A stretch of DNA of 64,000 nt from Escherichia coli (lineage in GTDB: Bacteria > Pseudomonadota > Gammaproteobacteria > Enterobacterales > Enterobacteriaceae), in NCBI RefSeq assembly GCF_030013205.1, contig NZ_CP122648.1. One strand, written 5' to 3'. The notes beneath the pieces are model-generated. The model was not told where the DNA came from. It saw only the letters and a list, made by a program, of their open reading frames with translations, and made no database searches. Shown here piece after piece: positions 1 to 13,641 of this stretch. Position numbers and translations under genes: made by a program. How positions within the stretch are numbered: position 1 is the first letter of the stretch; every line of letters begins with the position of its first letter.

Positions 1-297
1 ACGGTGCGGGTATTGCCCAACCATCGCCCCTGAATATAGCTGACCCAGCAACCGAGGCTGGCGGCAACGGCCAGCAGCAGAATCGTTTGCGGATAGCCCA
101 TCGCGCCTTTCGCAATCAATACGCCGACCAACACCAGTAAACTGTCGCCCGGTAAAAAGGCCGCCGGAAGCAAGCCGTTTTCAAGGAACAAAATTACAAA
201 CAAGACAAAATACAACATGCCAATCATCGACGGATTGGCCAGGGTTTCAAAATCCTGCGCCCACAGGGCTTGCAGCAATTGGGTCAAAAGTTCCATT
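1..297 (-). CDS. yqjA: DedA-family inner membrane protein YqjA, N-terminal part (gene continues beyond window start)
   Basis: Reverse-strand translation from ATG near 297 gives [58 protein letters not shown]..., recognised as YqjA; expected neighbour of exuR. Confidence 0.7.
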
Positions 298-640
298 CAT
301 TATTCCTGGTGAATCGGTTAACGCCACGCTGGTTTTAAAAGATGCACTACCGCAATGTTATTGCTGTTTTGGTATGTTTTGCGGGTTTGATACATCAACA
401 CAGCCTGAACTATTCCCTGTTAAATCGTGAGATAAGAAAGCATTCAAAAGCATAAATTCAAATTGAATCTAATTGTAACAAAGGTCAACGTTGTTCGTTA
501 TCAAAATTACATGTCCGTAGAGTCTGATTTTGCTGATTGCAGGGGAGGGTGGCGAGAGGATTTACACAGGCTGACACTTTATACTTTTCGCTTACCGACG
601 AAGCAAACAGGCGCATTGCAGCGCCTGTCGGATGGAAATT

Positions 641-1417
641 TCATTTGCTGCCGCTGGTGGCCGTATCGAGATGCACTACCGGGTTTTCTGCGAACAGATA
701 GCGGTCGGCATTGAACTCGAAATCGTCGCTGGTTTCGTTAAATAACATGATTTTGGTGTTTTCCAGATGCTGCCACATTGCCAGCTTAGCAGCATGAGGA
801 TCTTTGCGAATTAACGCCTTGAGGATTTGATCGTGGTCATCACACCAGTTATCGACGGTACGGGCATCAATGTGTTCGTGCAGTTTTTTCCAGTACGGGT
901 TATGACTACGCTGGGTCCACATTTTTTCAACGATAGCCGCCAGGGCGGAGTTCTGCGTCGCCAGGGCTACCTGAATGTGGAACTGCAAATCCCACTCGGA
1001 ATCACGGAAGCATTGTTCGCCGCGCGCCTGCTCCTGGATGGCCATCAGTTTCATGATGTCCTGTTTTGTGACCTGAGTTGCCGCGAACTCGGCAATATTA
1101 CTTTCGATGAGCTGGCGAGCCTGGAGCAACTCAAACGGACCGTAATTGGCGAATTCCATATTATTGTCAGCCGCCTGCTGATGGCGCGGCTGGTTGGAAA
1201 CCACATGAATACCTGAACCTTTACGCACTTCGACATAGCCTTCAACTTCCAGCATGATGATGGCTTCACGAACTACCGTACGGCTGACGTTCTTTTCATC
1301 GGCAATAAAGCGCTCAGCAGGCAGTTTATCACCCACCAGATAGACGCCCTGTTCGATGCGCTCTTTCAGATCAGCGGCAAGTTGTTGATACAAACGGCGT
1401 GGTTCAGTGATTTCCAT
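641..1417 (-). CDS. exuR: GntR-family repressor of hexuronate utilisation ExuR
   Basis: ORF 641..1432; protein from internal Met [37 protein letters not shown] (258 aa) recognised as ExuR; start moved to sixth codon of track ORF. Confidence 0.9.
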   Translation of the reverse strand: MEITEPRRLYQQLAADLKERIEQGVYLVGDKLPAERFIADEKNVSRTVVREAIIMLEVEGYVEVRKGSGIHVVSNQPRHQQAADNNMEFANYGPFELLQARQLIESNIAEFAATQVTKQDIMKLMAIQEQARGEQCFRDSEWDLQFHIQVALATQNSALAAIVEKMWTQRSHNPYWKKLHEHIDARTVDNWCDDHDQILKALIRKDPHAAKLAMWQHLENTKIMLFNETSDDFEFNADRYLFAENPVVHLDTATSGSK

Positions 1418-1492
1418 ATGCGCTCCAGGCATGATACGGCAGACTATATTTGTTATACCACTTTTGCGAGTTTAGCTCTACTCACAGTGATG

Positions 1493-1518
1493 AAAAAGCC
1501 GCCTGAGAAGGCGGCTTT
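1493..1518 (-). terminator. Rho-independent terminator downstream of exuT
   Basis: GC hairpin AAGCCGCCT-loop-AGGCGGCTT followed by a T-run when read on minus strand, just 3' of exuT stop. Confidence 0.5.
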
Positions 1519-1546
1519 GAAGGGAAACTAAAACTTACACGAAGCC

Positions 1547-2845
1547 TTAATGTTGCGGTGCAGGATCGTTATGTGTTTCCTGCGCCACCTCAATCGCCGG
1601 TTTGTTCTGCAACACCGTCCAGATAACCAGTGCACCCAGCAGGTCGAATACTGCCAGAACTGCGAACAGCGGGCTGAAGCCGATGGTGTCAGCCAGTGCA
1701 CCGACAACCAGCGCAAACAGCGTACTTGCCAGCCATGCGGACATCCCGGTTAAACCATTCGCCGTTGCCACTTCGTTACGACCGAACACGTCAGAAGAGA
1801 GCGTAATCAGCGCGCCAGACAGTGCCTGGTGGGCAAAACCACCGATACACAGCAGCATAATTGCGACATACGGGTTGGTGAACAGACCGATCATACCCGG
1901 GCCAATCATCAGCACAGCACCCAGCGTTACGACCATCTTACGGGAAACGATCAGGTTCACACCAAACCAACGCTGGAACAGCGGCGGCAGGTAACCACCG
2001 AGGATACAACCGAGGTCAGCAAACAGCATCGGCATCCAGGCGAACATCGCGATCTCTTTCAGGTTAAAGCCGTAAACTTTAAACATGAACAGCGGGATCC
2101 ACGCGTTAAAAGTACCCCAGGCAGGTTCTGCCAGGAAACGCGGCAGCGCGATACCCCAGAACTGACGGTTACGCAGGATCTGACCAACGGACATTTTCTT
2201 CGCTGTGTCAACCTGGTGCTGGGCTTCCTGACCATTAATAATGTAGTCGCGTTCTTCATCGGTCAAATGCTTCTGGTCGCGCGGATGTTTATAGAAAATC
2301 AGCCATGCCATCGCCCAGATAAAGCTCAATGCACCGGAGATGATAAATGCCATCTGCCAGCTGTGCATTACGATTGCCCATACCACCAGCGGCGGTGCAA
2401 TCATCGCACCAATCGAAGAACCTACGTTAAAGTAACCTACCGCGATGGAACGCTCTTTCGCCGGGAACCATTCGGAGCTGGCTTTCAGACCCGCCGGGAT
2501 CATCGCTGCTTCCGCGGCACCGACCGCACCACGAGCAACAGCCAGGCCGCCCCAGCTACCTGCCAGCGCGGTTGCACCACAGAACACGGCCCACAGCACA
2601 GCAAACATTGCATAACCGATTTTCGTACCCAGCACATCCAGTACATAACCTGCTACCGGTTGCATGACCGTATAAGCAGCAGAATAGGCTGCGATGATAT
2701 AGGAATACTGTTGGGTGGAGATGTTTAACTCTTCCATCAGAGTTGGCGCAGCTGCCGCCACAGTGTTACGCGTCAGGTAACCAAGCACGGTGCCGAGCGT
2801 CACCAGTGCGATCATATACCAACGTAACCCTTTAATTTTACGCAT
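1547..2845 (-). CDS. exuT: Hexuronate transporter ExuT (MFS)
   Basis: ORF 1547..2965; recognised ExuT sequence begins at internal MRKIKGLRWYMIALVTLGTV (432 aa), multi-TM MFS composition. Confidence 0.9.
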   Translation of the reverse strand: MRKIKGLRWYMIALVTLGTVLGYLTRNTVAAAAPTLMEELNISTQQYSYIIAAYSAAYTVMQPVAGYVLDVLGTKIGYAMFAVLWAVFCGATALAGSWGGLAVARGAVGAAEAAMIPAGLKASSEWFPAKERSIAVGYFNVGSSIGAMIAPPLVVWAIVMHSWQMAFIISGALSFIWAMAWLIFYKHPRDQKHLTDEERDYIINGQEAQHQVDTAKKMSVGQILRNRQFWGIALPRFLAEPAWGTFNAWIPLFMFKVYGFNLKEIAMFAWMPMLFADLGCILGGYLPPLFQRWFGVNLIVSRKMVVTLGAVLMIGPGMIGLFTNPYVAIMLLCIGGFAHQALSGALITLSSDVFGRNEVATANGLTGMSAWLASTLFALVVGALADTIGFSPLFAVLAVFDLLGALVIWTVLQNKPAIEVAQETHNDPAPQH

Positions 2846-4739
<1,894 letters not shown>

Positions 4740-4753
4740 GGTCTGGGGTTGAT

Positions 4754-6241
4754 ATGCAATACATCAAGATCCATGCGCTGGATAACGTCGCGGTCGCTTT
4801 AGCAGATTTGGCGGAAGGCACAGAAGTCAGTGTCGATAACCAGACTGTTACGCTGCGCCAGGATGTTGCTCGTGGACATAAATTTGCGTTAACGGATATC
4901 GCAAAAGGGGCCAACGTCATCAAATATGGCCTGCCGATTGGTTATGCATTGGCGGATATTGCGGCGGGGGAACACGTTCACGCCCACAATACGCGCACGA
5001 ATCTGAGCGATCTGGATCAGTATCGCTATCAACCTGATTTTCAGGATCTGCCTGCGCAAGCGGCAGATCGTGAAGTGCAGATCTATCGTCGCGCTAACGG
5101 CGATGTCGGGGTGCGTAATGAGCTGTGGATCCTGCCAACCGTGGGCTGTGTCAACGGCATCGCGCGGCAGATCCAGAACCGTTTCCTGAAAGAGACCAAC
5201 AACGCCGAAGGTACTGACGGCGTGTTCCTCTTCAGCCACACCTACGGCTGCTCGCAGCTGGGCGACGATCACATCAATACCCGCACCATGCTGCAAAATA
5301 TGGTGCGCCACCCGAACGCGGGCGCAGTGCTGGTGATTGGCCTGGGTTGTGAAAACAACCAGGTTGCCGCATTCCGTGAAACGCTGGGCGATATCGATCC
5401 TGAACGCGTTCATTTCATGATCTGCCAACAGCAGGATGATGAGATCGAAGCCGGGATCGAGCATTTGCATCAGCTGTATAGCGTGATGCGCAACGATAAA
5501 CGCGAACCGGGCAAACTCAGCGAACTGAAGTTTGGTCTGGAGTGCGGTGGTTCTGACGGTCTTTCTGGTATTACTGCTAACCCGATGCTGGGGCGTTTCT
5601 CTGACTACGTGATTGCTAACGGCGGTACTACCGTACTGACCGAAGTGCCGGAGATGTTTGGCGCAGAGCAGTTGCTGATGGACCATTGCCGCGACGAAGC
5701 AACGTTTGAAAAACTGGTCACCATGGTCAATGACTTCAAGCAGTACTTTATTGCCCATGACCAGCCGATCTATGAAAACCCATCGCCGGGGAACAAAGCG
5801 GGCGGTATCACCACGCTGGAAGACAAATCACTTGGCTGTACCCAGAAAGCGGGTTCCAGCGTCGTGGTTGACGTGCTGCGTTACGGCGAGCGTCTGAAAA
5901 CGCCGGGGCTGAACTTGTTAAGTGCGCCGGGTAACGATGCCGTAGCGACCAGCGCCCTGGCGGGTGCGGGCTGCCATATGGTGCTGTTCAGTACTGGTCG
6001 CGGCACGCCATACGGCGGCTTTGTACCGACGGTGAAAATCGCCACCAACAGCGAACTGGCGGCGAAGAAAAAACACTGGATCGACTTTGACGCGGGTCAG
6101 CTGATCCACGGTAAAGCGATGCCGCAGTTGCTGGAAGAATTCATCGATACCATCGTTGAGTTTGCCAACGGTAAGCAAACCTGTAACGAGCGTAACGACT
6201 TCCGCGAACTGGCGATCTTCAAAAGCGGCGTAACGCTATAA
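4754..6241 (+). CDS. uxaA: Altronate dehydratase UxaA
   Basis: 495-aa ORF MQYIKIHALDNVAVALADL..., immediately downstream of uxaC in same orientation (operon). Confidence 0.9.
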   Translation: MQYIKIHALDNVAVALADLAEGTEVSVDNQTVTLRQDVARGHKFALTDIAKGANVIKYGLPIGYALADIAAGEHVHAHNTRTNLSDLDQYRYQPDFQDLPAQAADREVQIYRRANGDVGVRNELWILPTVGCVNGIARQIQNRFLKETNNAEGTDGVFLFSHTYGCSQLGDDHINTRTMLQNMVRHPNAGAVLVIGLGCENNQVAAFRETLGDIDPERVHFMICQQQDDEIEAGIEHLHQLYSVMRNDKREPGKLSELKFGLECGGSDGLSGITANPMLGRFSDYVIANGGTTVLTEVPEMFGAEQLLMDHCRDEATFEKLVTMVNDFKQYFIAHDQPIYENPSPGNKAGGITTLEDKSLGCTQKAGSSVVVDVLRYGERLKTPGLNLLSAPGNDAVATSALAGAGCHMVLFSTGRGTPYGGFVPTVKIATNSELAAKKKHWIDFDAGQLIHGKAMPQLLEEFIDTIVEFANGKQTCNERNDFRELAIFKSGVTL

Positions 6242-6263
6242 AGTCGAAATGAGTTGTTAATAA

Positions 6264-6302
6264 AAAACGGCGTTTCATAATGTGAAGCGCCGTTTGCTTT
6301 TC
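6264..6302 (+). terminator. Rho-independent terminator after uxaA
   Basis: AACGGCG...CGCCGTT hairpin followed by TGCTTTT directly after uxaA stop. Confidence 0.5.
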
Positions 6303-6323
6303 CAGACCTGCTAAGGATTTATC

Positions 6324-6875
6324 ATGACCGCGTATTGGCTGGCCCAGGGCGTGGGTGTCATCGCCTTTCTGATTGGTATCACAACATTTTTCAATCGTGA
6401 CGAACGTCGCTTCAAAAAGCAGCTTTCGGTCTATAGCGCCGTTATTGGCGTACATTTTTTTCTTCTGGGCACCTATCCCGCGGGGGCCAGCGCCATCCTT
6501 AATGCCATTCGTACACTCATTACCTTACGCACGCGTAGCTTATGGGTAATGGCGATTTTTATTGTGCTGACTGGCGGAATTGGCCTCGCGAAGTTCCATC
6601 ATCCTGTCGAACTATTGCCGGTAATCGGCACGATTGTCAGTACCTGGGCGCTGTTCCGCTGTAAAGGGCTGACCATGCGCTGCGTAATGTGGTTTTCAAC
6701 GTGTTGCTGGGTGATTCACAACTTCTGGGCGGGGTCGATAGGCGGCACGATGATTGAGGGGAGTTTTCTGCTGATGAATGGTCTGAATATCATTCGTTTC
6801 TGGCGGATGCAGAAAAGGGGAATTGATCCGTTTAAAGTAGAGAAAACCCCTTCCGCCGTAGACGAAAGGGGTTAA
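6324..6875 (+). CDS. ygjV: Inner membrane protein YgjV
   Basis: 183-aa hydrophobic ORF at conserved position between uxaA and sstT. Confidence 0.8.
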   Translation: MTAYWLAQGVGVIAFLIGITTFFNRDERRFKKQLSVYSAVIGVHFFLLGTYPAGASAILNAIRTLITLRTRSLWVMAIFIVLTGGIGLAKFHHPVELLPVIGTIVSTWALFRCKGLTMRCVMWFSTCCWVIHNFWAGSIGGTMIEGSFLLMNGLNIIRFWRMQKRGIDPFKVEKTPSAVDERG

Positions 6876-6879
6876 ACAA

Positions 6880-8124
6880 TTAATTACGCAGGGCGCTATT
6901 TGCCAGACGATCGTCTTCTGCCTGGCAAGCTGCCGCAGTGAATAGCACGTCAGTTGAAGAGTTCAGCGCGGTTTCGCAAGAGTCCTGCAATACGCCGATG
7001 ATAAAGCCGACGGCAACCACCTGCATGGCGATATCGTTCGAAATACCGAACATATTACAGGCCAGTGGGATCAGCAGCAGAGACCCCCCCGCCACGCCGG
7101 ATGCGCCACAGGCACACAGAGAAGCCACTACGCTCAACAGCAGCGCTGTGGGCAGATCGACCGGAATACCCAGCGTATTAACCGCAGCCAGCGTCAACAC
7201 GGTAATGGTGATTGCTGCGCCCGCCATATTGATGGTGGCTCCCAGCGGAATAGAAACGGAATAGGTATCGCGATCCAGATTCAGCTTTTCACACAGCGCC
7301 ATATTCACCGGAATGTTCGCTGCAGAGCTGCGGGTGAAGAAGGCATACACACCGCTTTCACGCAGGCACAGCAGCACCAGCGGGAACGGGTTACGACGAA
7401 TTTTCCACCACACCAGCAATGGGTTAACCACCAGCGCCACCAGTAACATACAGCCAACCAGCACGACCAGCAGTTGCGCGTAGCCCCACAGTGTGGAGAA
7501 ACCGGTGGTTGCCAGGGTAGAAGAAACCAGACCAAAAATACCGATCGGTGCGAAGCGAATGACCAGTTTCACCATAAAGGTGACGGCATTCGACATATCG
7601 TTGACCAGGTTTTTGGTGGTCTCGTTACCGTGACGCAGTGCGAAACCGAGGCCAATTGCCCACACCAGAATCCCGATGTAGTTACCTTTCAGCAGCGCGT
7701 CGATGGGGTTGGAAACCATGCTCATTACCAGCCCGCGCATCACTTCGACAATGCCTGACGGCGGCGAAATATCACCCGCGCTACTGGACAAGTGCAGGGT
7801 AGAAGGGAAGGCAAAACTGAAGACTACTGCGGCCAGAGCAGCAGAGAAGGTGCCCAGCAGATAGAGGAACAAAATAGGGCGGATATTGGTTTTCTGCCCG
7901 TGCTGGTGGTTAGCAATAGATGCCATCACCAGCATCAACACCAGGATGGGGGCAACGGCTTTCAGTGCGCCGACGAACAAAGTACCTAACAGACCAACAG
8001 CTTCCGCCGCGGGTTTTGAGATCCATGCCAGAAGAATCCCCAGAACAAGGCCGACCAGGATTTGTTTTACCAGGCTGCCATGAGCCAGACGCCGGAATAG
8101 CCCCGGTGAACGTTGCGTAGTCAT
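6880..8124 (-). CDS. sstT: Serine/threonine:Na+ symporter SstT
   Basis: 414-aa [37 protein letters not shown]..., DAACS-family transporter composition. Confidence 0.9.
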   Translation of the reverse strand: MTTQRSPGLFRRLAHGSLVKQILVGLVLGILLAWISKPAAEAVGLLGTLFVGALKAVAPILVLMLVMASIANHQHGQKTNIRPILFLYLLGTFSAALAAVVFSFAFPSTLHLSSSAGDISPPSGIVEVMRGLVMSMVSNPIDALLKGNYIGILVWAIGLGFALRHGNETTKNLVNDMSNAVTFMVKLVIRFAPIGIFGLVSSTLATTGFSTLWGYAQLLVVLVGCMLLVALVVNPLLVWWKIRRNPFPLVLLCLRESGVYAFFTRSSAANIPVNMALCEKLNLDRDTYSVSIPLGATINMAGAAITITVLTLAAVNTLGIPVDLPTALLLSVVASLCACGASGVAGGSLLLIPLACNMFGISNDIAMQVVAVGFIIGVLQDSCETALNSSTDVLFTAAACQAEDDRLANSALRN

Positions 8125-8739
8125 TTTTCGATCCTTTCATTGTGTTGTCGCACATCCCTGGTGCGTTCTGTCGACGCATCTTTCAGGATGTAACAAAGTG
8201 TTTGCAAGGTCGAGTATAAGGAAAGTTACAGCTTCGGGAAGCGAAAAATGCTGGATTTTAAAGAGAGGTCATATTTTGCAACTTAATGGTTACATTTATT
8301 TGACATAAACAGAGGGAAGGACTGGCAACTAAGGCTGATTAGATAACATATGGGCAAAACTATTTGGAATATGAGAACGGTTGCGCTCCTTTAATGTGCT
8401 ATGCCATATAAAGTCACTGGCGCAGGGAGCGCGCAGGGGGCGGCCAATCGCCGCCGCCCCCTGCACCCCCAGGCTCTGGCGAACAAAATCGCCGCTGCGC
8501 GGTTCCCTCAGCTTATCCCTTGCGGCTACCGGGTCGGGCGCAAGGGAACGTCCCTGTAAGATGCGCCCTCGCCGCGCATCCATGCGCGTCGCCCCGGCCT
8601 CCAGGGAACGCTTCGACGATTTTGACGCCACCAACACCCGTGCGGTCTTTTTGTAAAGAGCTATAAGCCGATTACATAATTAATAGCTCACCTTTGTCTG
8701 GAATGAGTTATCTCTAGTAATGGCTTAATATACAGCGAA

Positions 8740-9705
8740 TCATTCTCCCCGCTGCTTATCATGCTGATAATTCACCCAGGCGTTGATAATAAACGTCATC
8801 ACCAGAATGCCAAACACCACGCCCAGCGAGACGGCGATTGGAATATGGTAGAAGTCGACAATCAGCATCTTGATACCGATAAACACCAGAATTACCGCCA
8901 GGCCATATTTGAGCATCGAGAAACGTTCTGCTACGCCCGCCAGCAGGAAATACATCGCACGCAGGCCGAGGATTGCAAACAGGTTTGAGGTCAGCACAAT
9001 AAACGGGTCAGTGGTCACGGCGAAGATAGCCGGAATGCTATCCACGGCGAAAATCACGTCGCTCAATTCCACCAGAATCAGCACCAGCATCAGCGGCGTG
9101 GCATACAGCAAGCCATTCTTACGCACAAAGAAATGCTCGTTGTCGATGGTGTCGGTCATGCGCAAATGACCGCGCAGCCAGCGCATCAGCGGCTTGTCGC
9201 CAATGCCTGATTCATCTTCATGGGCCAGCGCCATCTTCACGCCGGTAAACAGCAGGAAGGCACCGAAGATATACAGGATCCAGTCGAACTGCGAAATCAG
9301 CCAACTGCCAGTGAAGATCATGATGGTACGCAGAACAATCGCTCCGAGTACGCCATACACCAGCACGCGCCGTTGTAACGCCGCCGGAACAGAGAAATAG
9401 CTGAACAACATCAGCCAGACAAAGACGTTATCGACCGCCAGCGATTTCTCAATCAGATAACCCGTGAGAAAGGCCAGTGCCTGTGGATCGGCAACGGCGC
9501 GACCTTCGGTTTGCACCAGATACCACCAGAAAGCGGCGTTAAACAGTAACGACAGCGTCACCCAGACCAGCGACCAGGCCGCAGCCTGTTTCATGGTCAT
9601 GGCATGTGCCCCACGACGCCCCTGCAACAACAGGTCGATAGCCAGCATAATGGCGACAACAACAGCGAATCCGCCCCATAGCAACGGCGTGCCGACAGTA
9701 TTCAT
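8740..9705 (-). CDS. alx: TerC-family inner membrane protein Alx
   Basis: 321-aa multi-[34 protein letters not shown]... Confidence 0.9.
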   Translation of the reverse strand: MNTVGTPLLWGGFAVVVAIMLAIDLLLQGRRGAHAMTMKQAAAWSLVWVTLSLLFNAAFWWYLVQTEGRAVADPQALAFLTGYLIEKSLAVDNVFVWLMLFSYFSVPAALQRRVLVYGVLGAIVLRTIMIFTGSWLISQFDWILYIFGAFLLFTGVKMALAHEDESGIGDKPLMRWLRGHLRMTDTIDNEHFFVRKNGLLYATPLMLVLILVELSDVIFAVDSIPAIFAVTTDPFIVLTSNLFAILGLRAMYFLLAGVAERFSMLKYGLAVILVFIGIKMLIVDFYHIPIAVSLGVVFGILVMTFIINAWVNYQHDKQRGE

Positions 9706-9900
9706 AGAAGTTCCTTACACATAAAAAAACGGCCAACGTCGGAAGACGTCAGCCGCTGCTTTTTATGCATAGACCTCGCCTTCCGGCAAGGTCTCACTTA
9801 CAACAAAAAAGGAATACGTCTGCGTATTCCTTTCGGGTTGCCCGGTGACCGGATGTGGTTTTTCACACATCGTAATGACGATCGACCGGCAATGAAGTTA
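9706..9900 (-). promoter_or_regulatory. alx 5' leader (pH-responsive RNA element / yybP-ykoY-type riboregulatory leader; sRNA SraF locus in E. coli)
   Basis: Long untranslated leader upstream of alx with several hairpins (e.g. GGAATACGCAGACGTATTCC, and GGCCAACGTCGGAAGACGTCAGCCGCTGCTTTTT); assignment from known biology of alx, motif not formally scored. Confidence 0.45.
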
Positions 9901-9987
9901 CTCCCCTTTGCAGGTAACAAAGTATGACAGACCATTCAGTCAGTCAATGGTCTGTTACATACCTTTTACACTGTTTTACTTTGGCAA

Positions 9988-10974
9988 TTATAGTTTTACG
10001 CTATCTGCCGGAAAAATCACCCCAGTCTGGCGGCGGATCTCGGTCAGCAGTTTGGCGGTGATGCGACTGACCGCCAGCCCAGGATGATCCACCAGATGCT
10101 CATCCACCAGGGTAGCGAACAGCTCTGCTTCGTAGAGCATGGTATTAATATGCTGCGGTTGGGTGAGATCCTGCATCTGGCTGCCACGCGGCACAAAACA
10201 CACTTTCTGGCATTCAGACAGTTTTTCAATCACCAGCGATCCCGCTTCGCCCTGAATCTCGCTCGCCAGGACAGAATCACTGACTTTTGAGTGCTGCAAC
10301 GTAACGCTGAAATCACCGTAATCCATCACCACCACGCCGTGGGCATCCACGCCGCTTGCCAGCAAACTGGCGGTTGCCTGCACGCTTTTCGGCTCACCAA
10401 ATAACGCCACCGCCGACGCCAGGCAGTAAAAGCCGATATCCATAATCGAACCGTTAGAGAACGCCGGATTGAAGGTATTGGGATTCTCACCATCCAGGTA
10501 ACGTTGATACCGCGAGGAATACTGGCAATAGTTGAAAAAGACTTTACGCAGTTTGCCGACTTTCGGCAGTGCCTGGCGCAACAAATGAAAGTTCGGCAGG
10601 CTGGCGGTTTTAAATGCCTCAAACAGCACCACCTGATTTTCCCGCGCACAGACAATGGCGGCATCCACTTCCGCCAGATTCGACGCCAGCGGTTTCTCGC
10701 AAATCACATGAATTTTATGGCTAAGGAAAAGTTGTGTCTGGGAAAAGTGCAGGGAATTCGGGCTGGCAATATACACCGCGTCAATGGCATCGCTTTCAGC
10801 CATCGCTTCCAGCGATGTAAACAGATGCTCGACAGAAAAATCATTGGCAAAGTGCTGGGCCTGTTCAAGGCTGCGGGAATATACGGCGGTTAACTTGTAT
10901 TTACCGCTCTCATGGGCGGCCTCGACGAACTGGCGAGTGATCCAGTTCGTACCAATCACAGCGAAACGTATCAT
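9988..10974 (-). CDS. ygjR: Gfo/Idh/MocA-family oxidoreductase YgjR
   Basis: ORF 9988..10992; protein from MIRFAVIGTNWITRQFVEAAHESGKY (Rossmann GxGxxG-type N-terminus), 328 aa. Confidence 0.85.
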   Translation of the reverse strand: MIRFAVIGTNWITRQFVEAAHESGKYKLTAVYSRSLEQAQHFANDFSVEHLFTSLEAMAESDAIDAVYIASPNSLHFSQTQLFLSHKIHVICEKPLASNLAEVDAAIVCARENQVVLFEAFKTASLPNFHLLRQALPKVGKLRKVFFNYCQYSSRYQRYLDGENPNTFNPAFSNGSIMDIGFYCLASAVALFGEPKSVQATASLLASGVDAHGVVVMDYGDFSVTLQHSKVSDSVLASEIQGEAGSLVIEKLSECQKVCFVPRGSQMQDLTQPQHINTMLYEAELFATLVDEHLVDHPGLAVSRITAKLLTEIRRQTGVIFPADSVKL

Positions 10975-11052
10975 AACGCGTGGATACTCCATAAAGGGAT
11001 TCTGTCGTCAATGTAGCACGCCTTTTTCATCTTCGACGTGCGCAGATACGCA

Positions 11053-11736
11053 TTATTTCTGCGCCGGACAGCCATGCTCACTAAACGGCCCAATCATGAC
11101 CGATGGCCCGAGATATTTCGGCTGGCGATGGAGGATTTTCGCGTCAATCACCGCGCTGACTCTGGCGAGTTTCTCCCGTAACTGAGTATAAAAACCGTGC
11201 TTCATATTGAGGTCTGGCGCGTTAAAGCCGATAGCGTCGATGCCGTACTGTTTTGCCAGCCAGATGGCGCGTTGGTTATGAAATTCTTGCGAAATAATGG
11301 TGATATGGTTTTCCCCAAACACCTTTTTGGCACGCACCACCGAATCAAGCGTTGAGAATCCGGCATAGTCGCAGAAGATCACTTTCGCCGGTACGCCTTT
11401 AGCGATCAAAGCCTGCTGCATACCTGAGGCTTCATCGTAATTTTTACGTCCGTTATCGCCACTTACCAGTAGCCATTTCACTTTTCCGGCGTGGTACAAC
11501 GCTGCTGCGGTATCAATACGTCGGGTAAAGTAGCGATTACCCGGCCTGGCTCCCAGCAATAAACCCACGTTACGCGCCGGAACTGCGTTGACATCGCTCC
11601 AGGTCAGCTGCTTGCTGGTGTTGACCATAACGCGATCGGCAATAAAAAGGGTCGCTCCTGCTATAAGCAACAATAAACAGCCAATCTTAAGAGTCCGGCG
11701 AGAAAAACAAATACGGAGAAGAAGGCGGGGCTGCAT
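11053..11736 (-). CDS. ygjQ: DUF218-family protein YgjQ
   Basis: 227-aa ORF with N-terminal hydrophobic segment, conserved position between ygjR and ygjP; exact start uncertain. Confidence 0.75.
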   Translation of the reverse strand: MQPRLLLRICFSRRTLKIGCLLLLIAGATLFIADRVMVNTSKQLTWSDVNAVPARNVGLLLGARPGNRYFTRRIDTAAALYHAGKVKWLLVSGDNGRKNYDEASGMQQALIAKGVPAKVIFCDYAGFSTLDSVVRAKKVFGENHITIISQEFHNQRAIWLAKQYGIDAIGFNAPDLNMKHGFYTQLREKLARVSAVIDAKILHRQPKYLGPSVMIGPFSEHGCPAQK

Positions 11737-11812
11737 GGTCGTTATCCTTAACGAAAAGGGGGAGGTCGATTTTAGGCGCTATAGGAAGAAAAGATAACGC
11801 CTGACATCATTT

Positions 11813-12316
11813 TCAGATTTTGTCCTGCCCAAGCGACAACTGCGTTAGCCACAGCCGGGTGTCGAACTCAAGCTGGTGGTACTGCGCCTCCATATGGCAG
11901 CACAATTGATAGAACGCTTTGTTATGCTCTTTCTCCTTCAGGTGCGCCAACTCGTGCACCACGATCATGCGCAAAAACGGTTCCGGCGCGTTGCGAAACA
12001 CGGTAGCGACGCGGATCTCCGCCTTTGCTTTCAGCTTGCCGCCCTGCACACGCGAAACAGCGGTATGTAACCCGAGCGCGTTTTTCAGCACATGGATCTT
12101 GTTGTCATACATCACTTTAGTGATCGGCGGGGCATTGCGCAGAAACTGATTTTTAAGATCCTGAGTATATTGCCAGAGGGCTTTATCGGTGGCGTAGTCG
12201 TGTGTTCCCGGATAGCGTTTTGCCAGCACATCGCCCAGACGCTGTTCGTTAATCAGCGTTCGCACCTGGGAAAGTAGCTGGTCGGGATAACCCTGAAGAT
12301 AAGTAAGATTGCTCAT
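11813..12316 (-). CDS. ygjP: Putative metal-dependent hydrolase YgjP
   Basis: ORF 11813..12352; recognised protein begins [25 protein letters not shown]; HExxH-like motif [12 protein letters not shown] present. Confidence 0.8.
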   Translation of the reverse strand: MSNLTYLQGYPDQLLSQVRTLINEQRLGDVLAKRYPGTHDYATDKALWQYTQDLKNQFLRNAPPITKVMYDNKIHVLKNALGLHTAVSRVQGGKLKAKAEIRVATVFRNAPEPFLRMIVVHELAHLKEKEHNKAFYQLCCHMEAQYHQLEFDTRLWLTQLSLGQDKI

Positions 12317-12400
12317 AACCGCCCACGAAAAAGAGAAAAAGGGTATACTCACGCACCCTTTTCAGGGGCAACGTCGAAATTTTATCATTCAGGAGGGCCG

Positions 12401-13537
12401 ATGAGCCACTTAGACAACGGTTTCCGTTCACTGACACTACAACGTTTTCCGGCGACGGATGACGTTAACCCACTACAGGCGTGGGAAGCGGCGGATGAAT
12501 ATTTGCTGCAACAGTTGGACGACACAGAAATCCGCGGCCCGGTGTTGATCCTGAATGATGCCTTTGGTGCGTTAAGTTGTGCGCTGGCGGAACATAAGCC
12601 ATACAGCATTGGCGACTCATACATCAGCGAACTGGCGACGCGCGAGAATTTACGCCTCAACGGGATTGATGAGTCGAGCGTGAAGTTTCTCGACAGCACC
12701 GCCGACTACCCGCAACAGCCGGGCGTGGTACTGATCAAAGTACCGAAAACACTGGCGTTGCTGGAACAACAACTGCGTGCGCTGCGCAAAGTCGTCACGC
12801 CGGATACACGTATTATTGCCGGTGCCAAAGCCCGTGACATCCACACTTCCACGCTGGAACTGTTCGAAAAAGTGCTCGGCCCGACCACCACCACGCTGGC
12901 ATGGAAGAAGGCACGCTTAATTAACTGTACTTTCAACGAGCCGCCGCTGGCCGATGCGCCGCAGACCGTTAGCTGGAAACTGGAAGGTACTGACTGGACT
13001 ATCCACAACCATGCGAATGTCTTCTCCCGCACCGGGCTGGATATTGGCGCGCGCTTCTTTATGCAGCATCTGCCAGAGAATCTCGAAGGTGAGATTGTCG
13101 ATCTCGGTTGTGGTAATGGCGTTATTGGTCTGACGCTGCTTGATAAAAACCCGCAGGCGAAAGTGGTGTTTGTCGATGAATCGCCGATGGCGGTTGCTTC
13201 CAGCCGTTTGAACGTTGAAACCAACATGCCAGAGGCGTTGGATCGCTGCGAGTTTATGATCAACAACGCGCTCTCCGGCGTGGAGCCTTTCCGCTTTAAT
13301 GCTGTGCTCTGCAACCCGCCGTTTCATCAGCAACATGCGCTGACCGATAACGTCGCCTGGGAGATGTTCCACCACGCCCGCCGCTGTCTGAAAATCAACG
13401 GCGAGCTGTATATCGTTGCCAACCGTCACCTGGATTACTTCCATAAACTGAAGAAGATTTTCGGCAACTGCACCACCATCGCCACGAATAATAAATTTGT
13501 GGTGCTGAAAGCAGTGAAGCTGGGGCGTCGTCGGTAA
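12401..13537 (+). CDS. rlmG: 23S rRNA (guanine1835-N2)-methyltransferase RlmG
   Basis: 378-aa ORF with SAM-MTase motif [10 protein letters not shown] and NPPFH catalytic motif. Confidence 0.9.
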   Translation: MSHLDNGFRSLTLQRFPATDDVNPLQAWEAADEYLLQQLDDTEIRGPVLILNDAFGALSCALAEHKPYSIGDSYISELATRENLRLNGIDESSVKFLDSTADYPQQPGVVLIKVPKTLALLEQQLRALRKVVTPDTRIIAGAKARDIHTSTLELFEKVLGPTTTTLAWKKARLINCTFNEPPLADAPQTVSWKLEGTDWTIHNHANVFSRTGLDIGARFFMQHLPENLEGEIVDLGCGNGVIGLTLLDKNPQAKVVFVDESPMAVASSRLNVETNMPEALDRCEFMINNALSGVEPFRFNAVLCNPPFHQQHALTDNVAWEMFHHARRCLKINGELYIVANRHLDYFHKLKKIFGNCTTIATNNKFVVLKAVKLGRRR

Positions 13538-13550
13538 GATTGGCAGCTAC

Positions 13551-13641
13551 CTGCCAGATAAGGCGTAAACGCCTTATCTGGCATACGTTCAGCACATTAC
13601 CCCCAGGTCGGATAAGACGCGGCAAGCGTCGCATCCGGCAC
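13551..13641. repeat. REP (repetitive extragenic palindrome) pair
   Basis: CTGCCAGATAAGGCGTAAACGCCTTATCTGGCA and GTCGGATAAGACGCGGCAAGCGTCGCATCCGGCA, typical E. coli REP units, in the rlmG-fadH spacer. Confidence 0.7.

Noticed and set aside
827-1216. Plus-strand ORF inside exuR, and the many similar antisense ORFs across the window (e.g. 1829..2728 in exuT, 4889..5758 in uxaA, 24348..25559 in ebgA, 46023..46925 in rpoD)
   Set aside because: They lie entirely within well-recognised genes on the opposite strand and have unusual amino-acid composition; treated as shadow ORFs.
8329-8656. Two overlapping ORFs (102 aa minus, 91 aa plus) in the alx-sstT spacer
   Set aside because: Both fall in an extremely GC-rich palindromic block where long ORFs arise by chance on both strands; Arg/Pro/Ala-rich translations without a plausible RBS.
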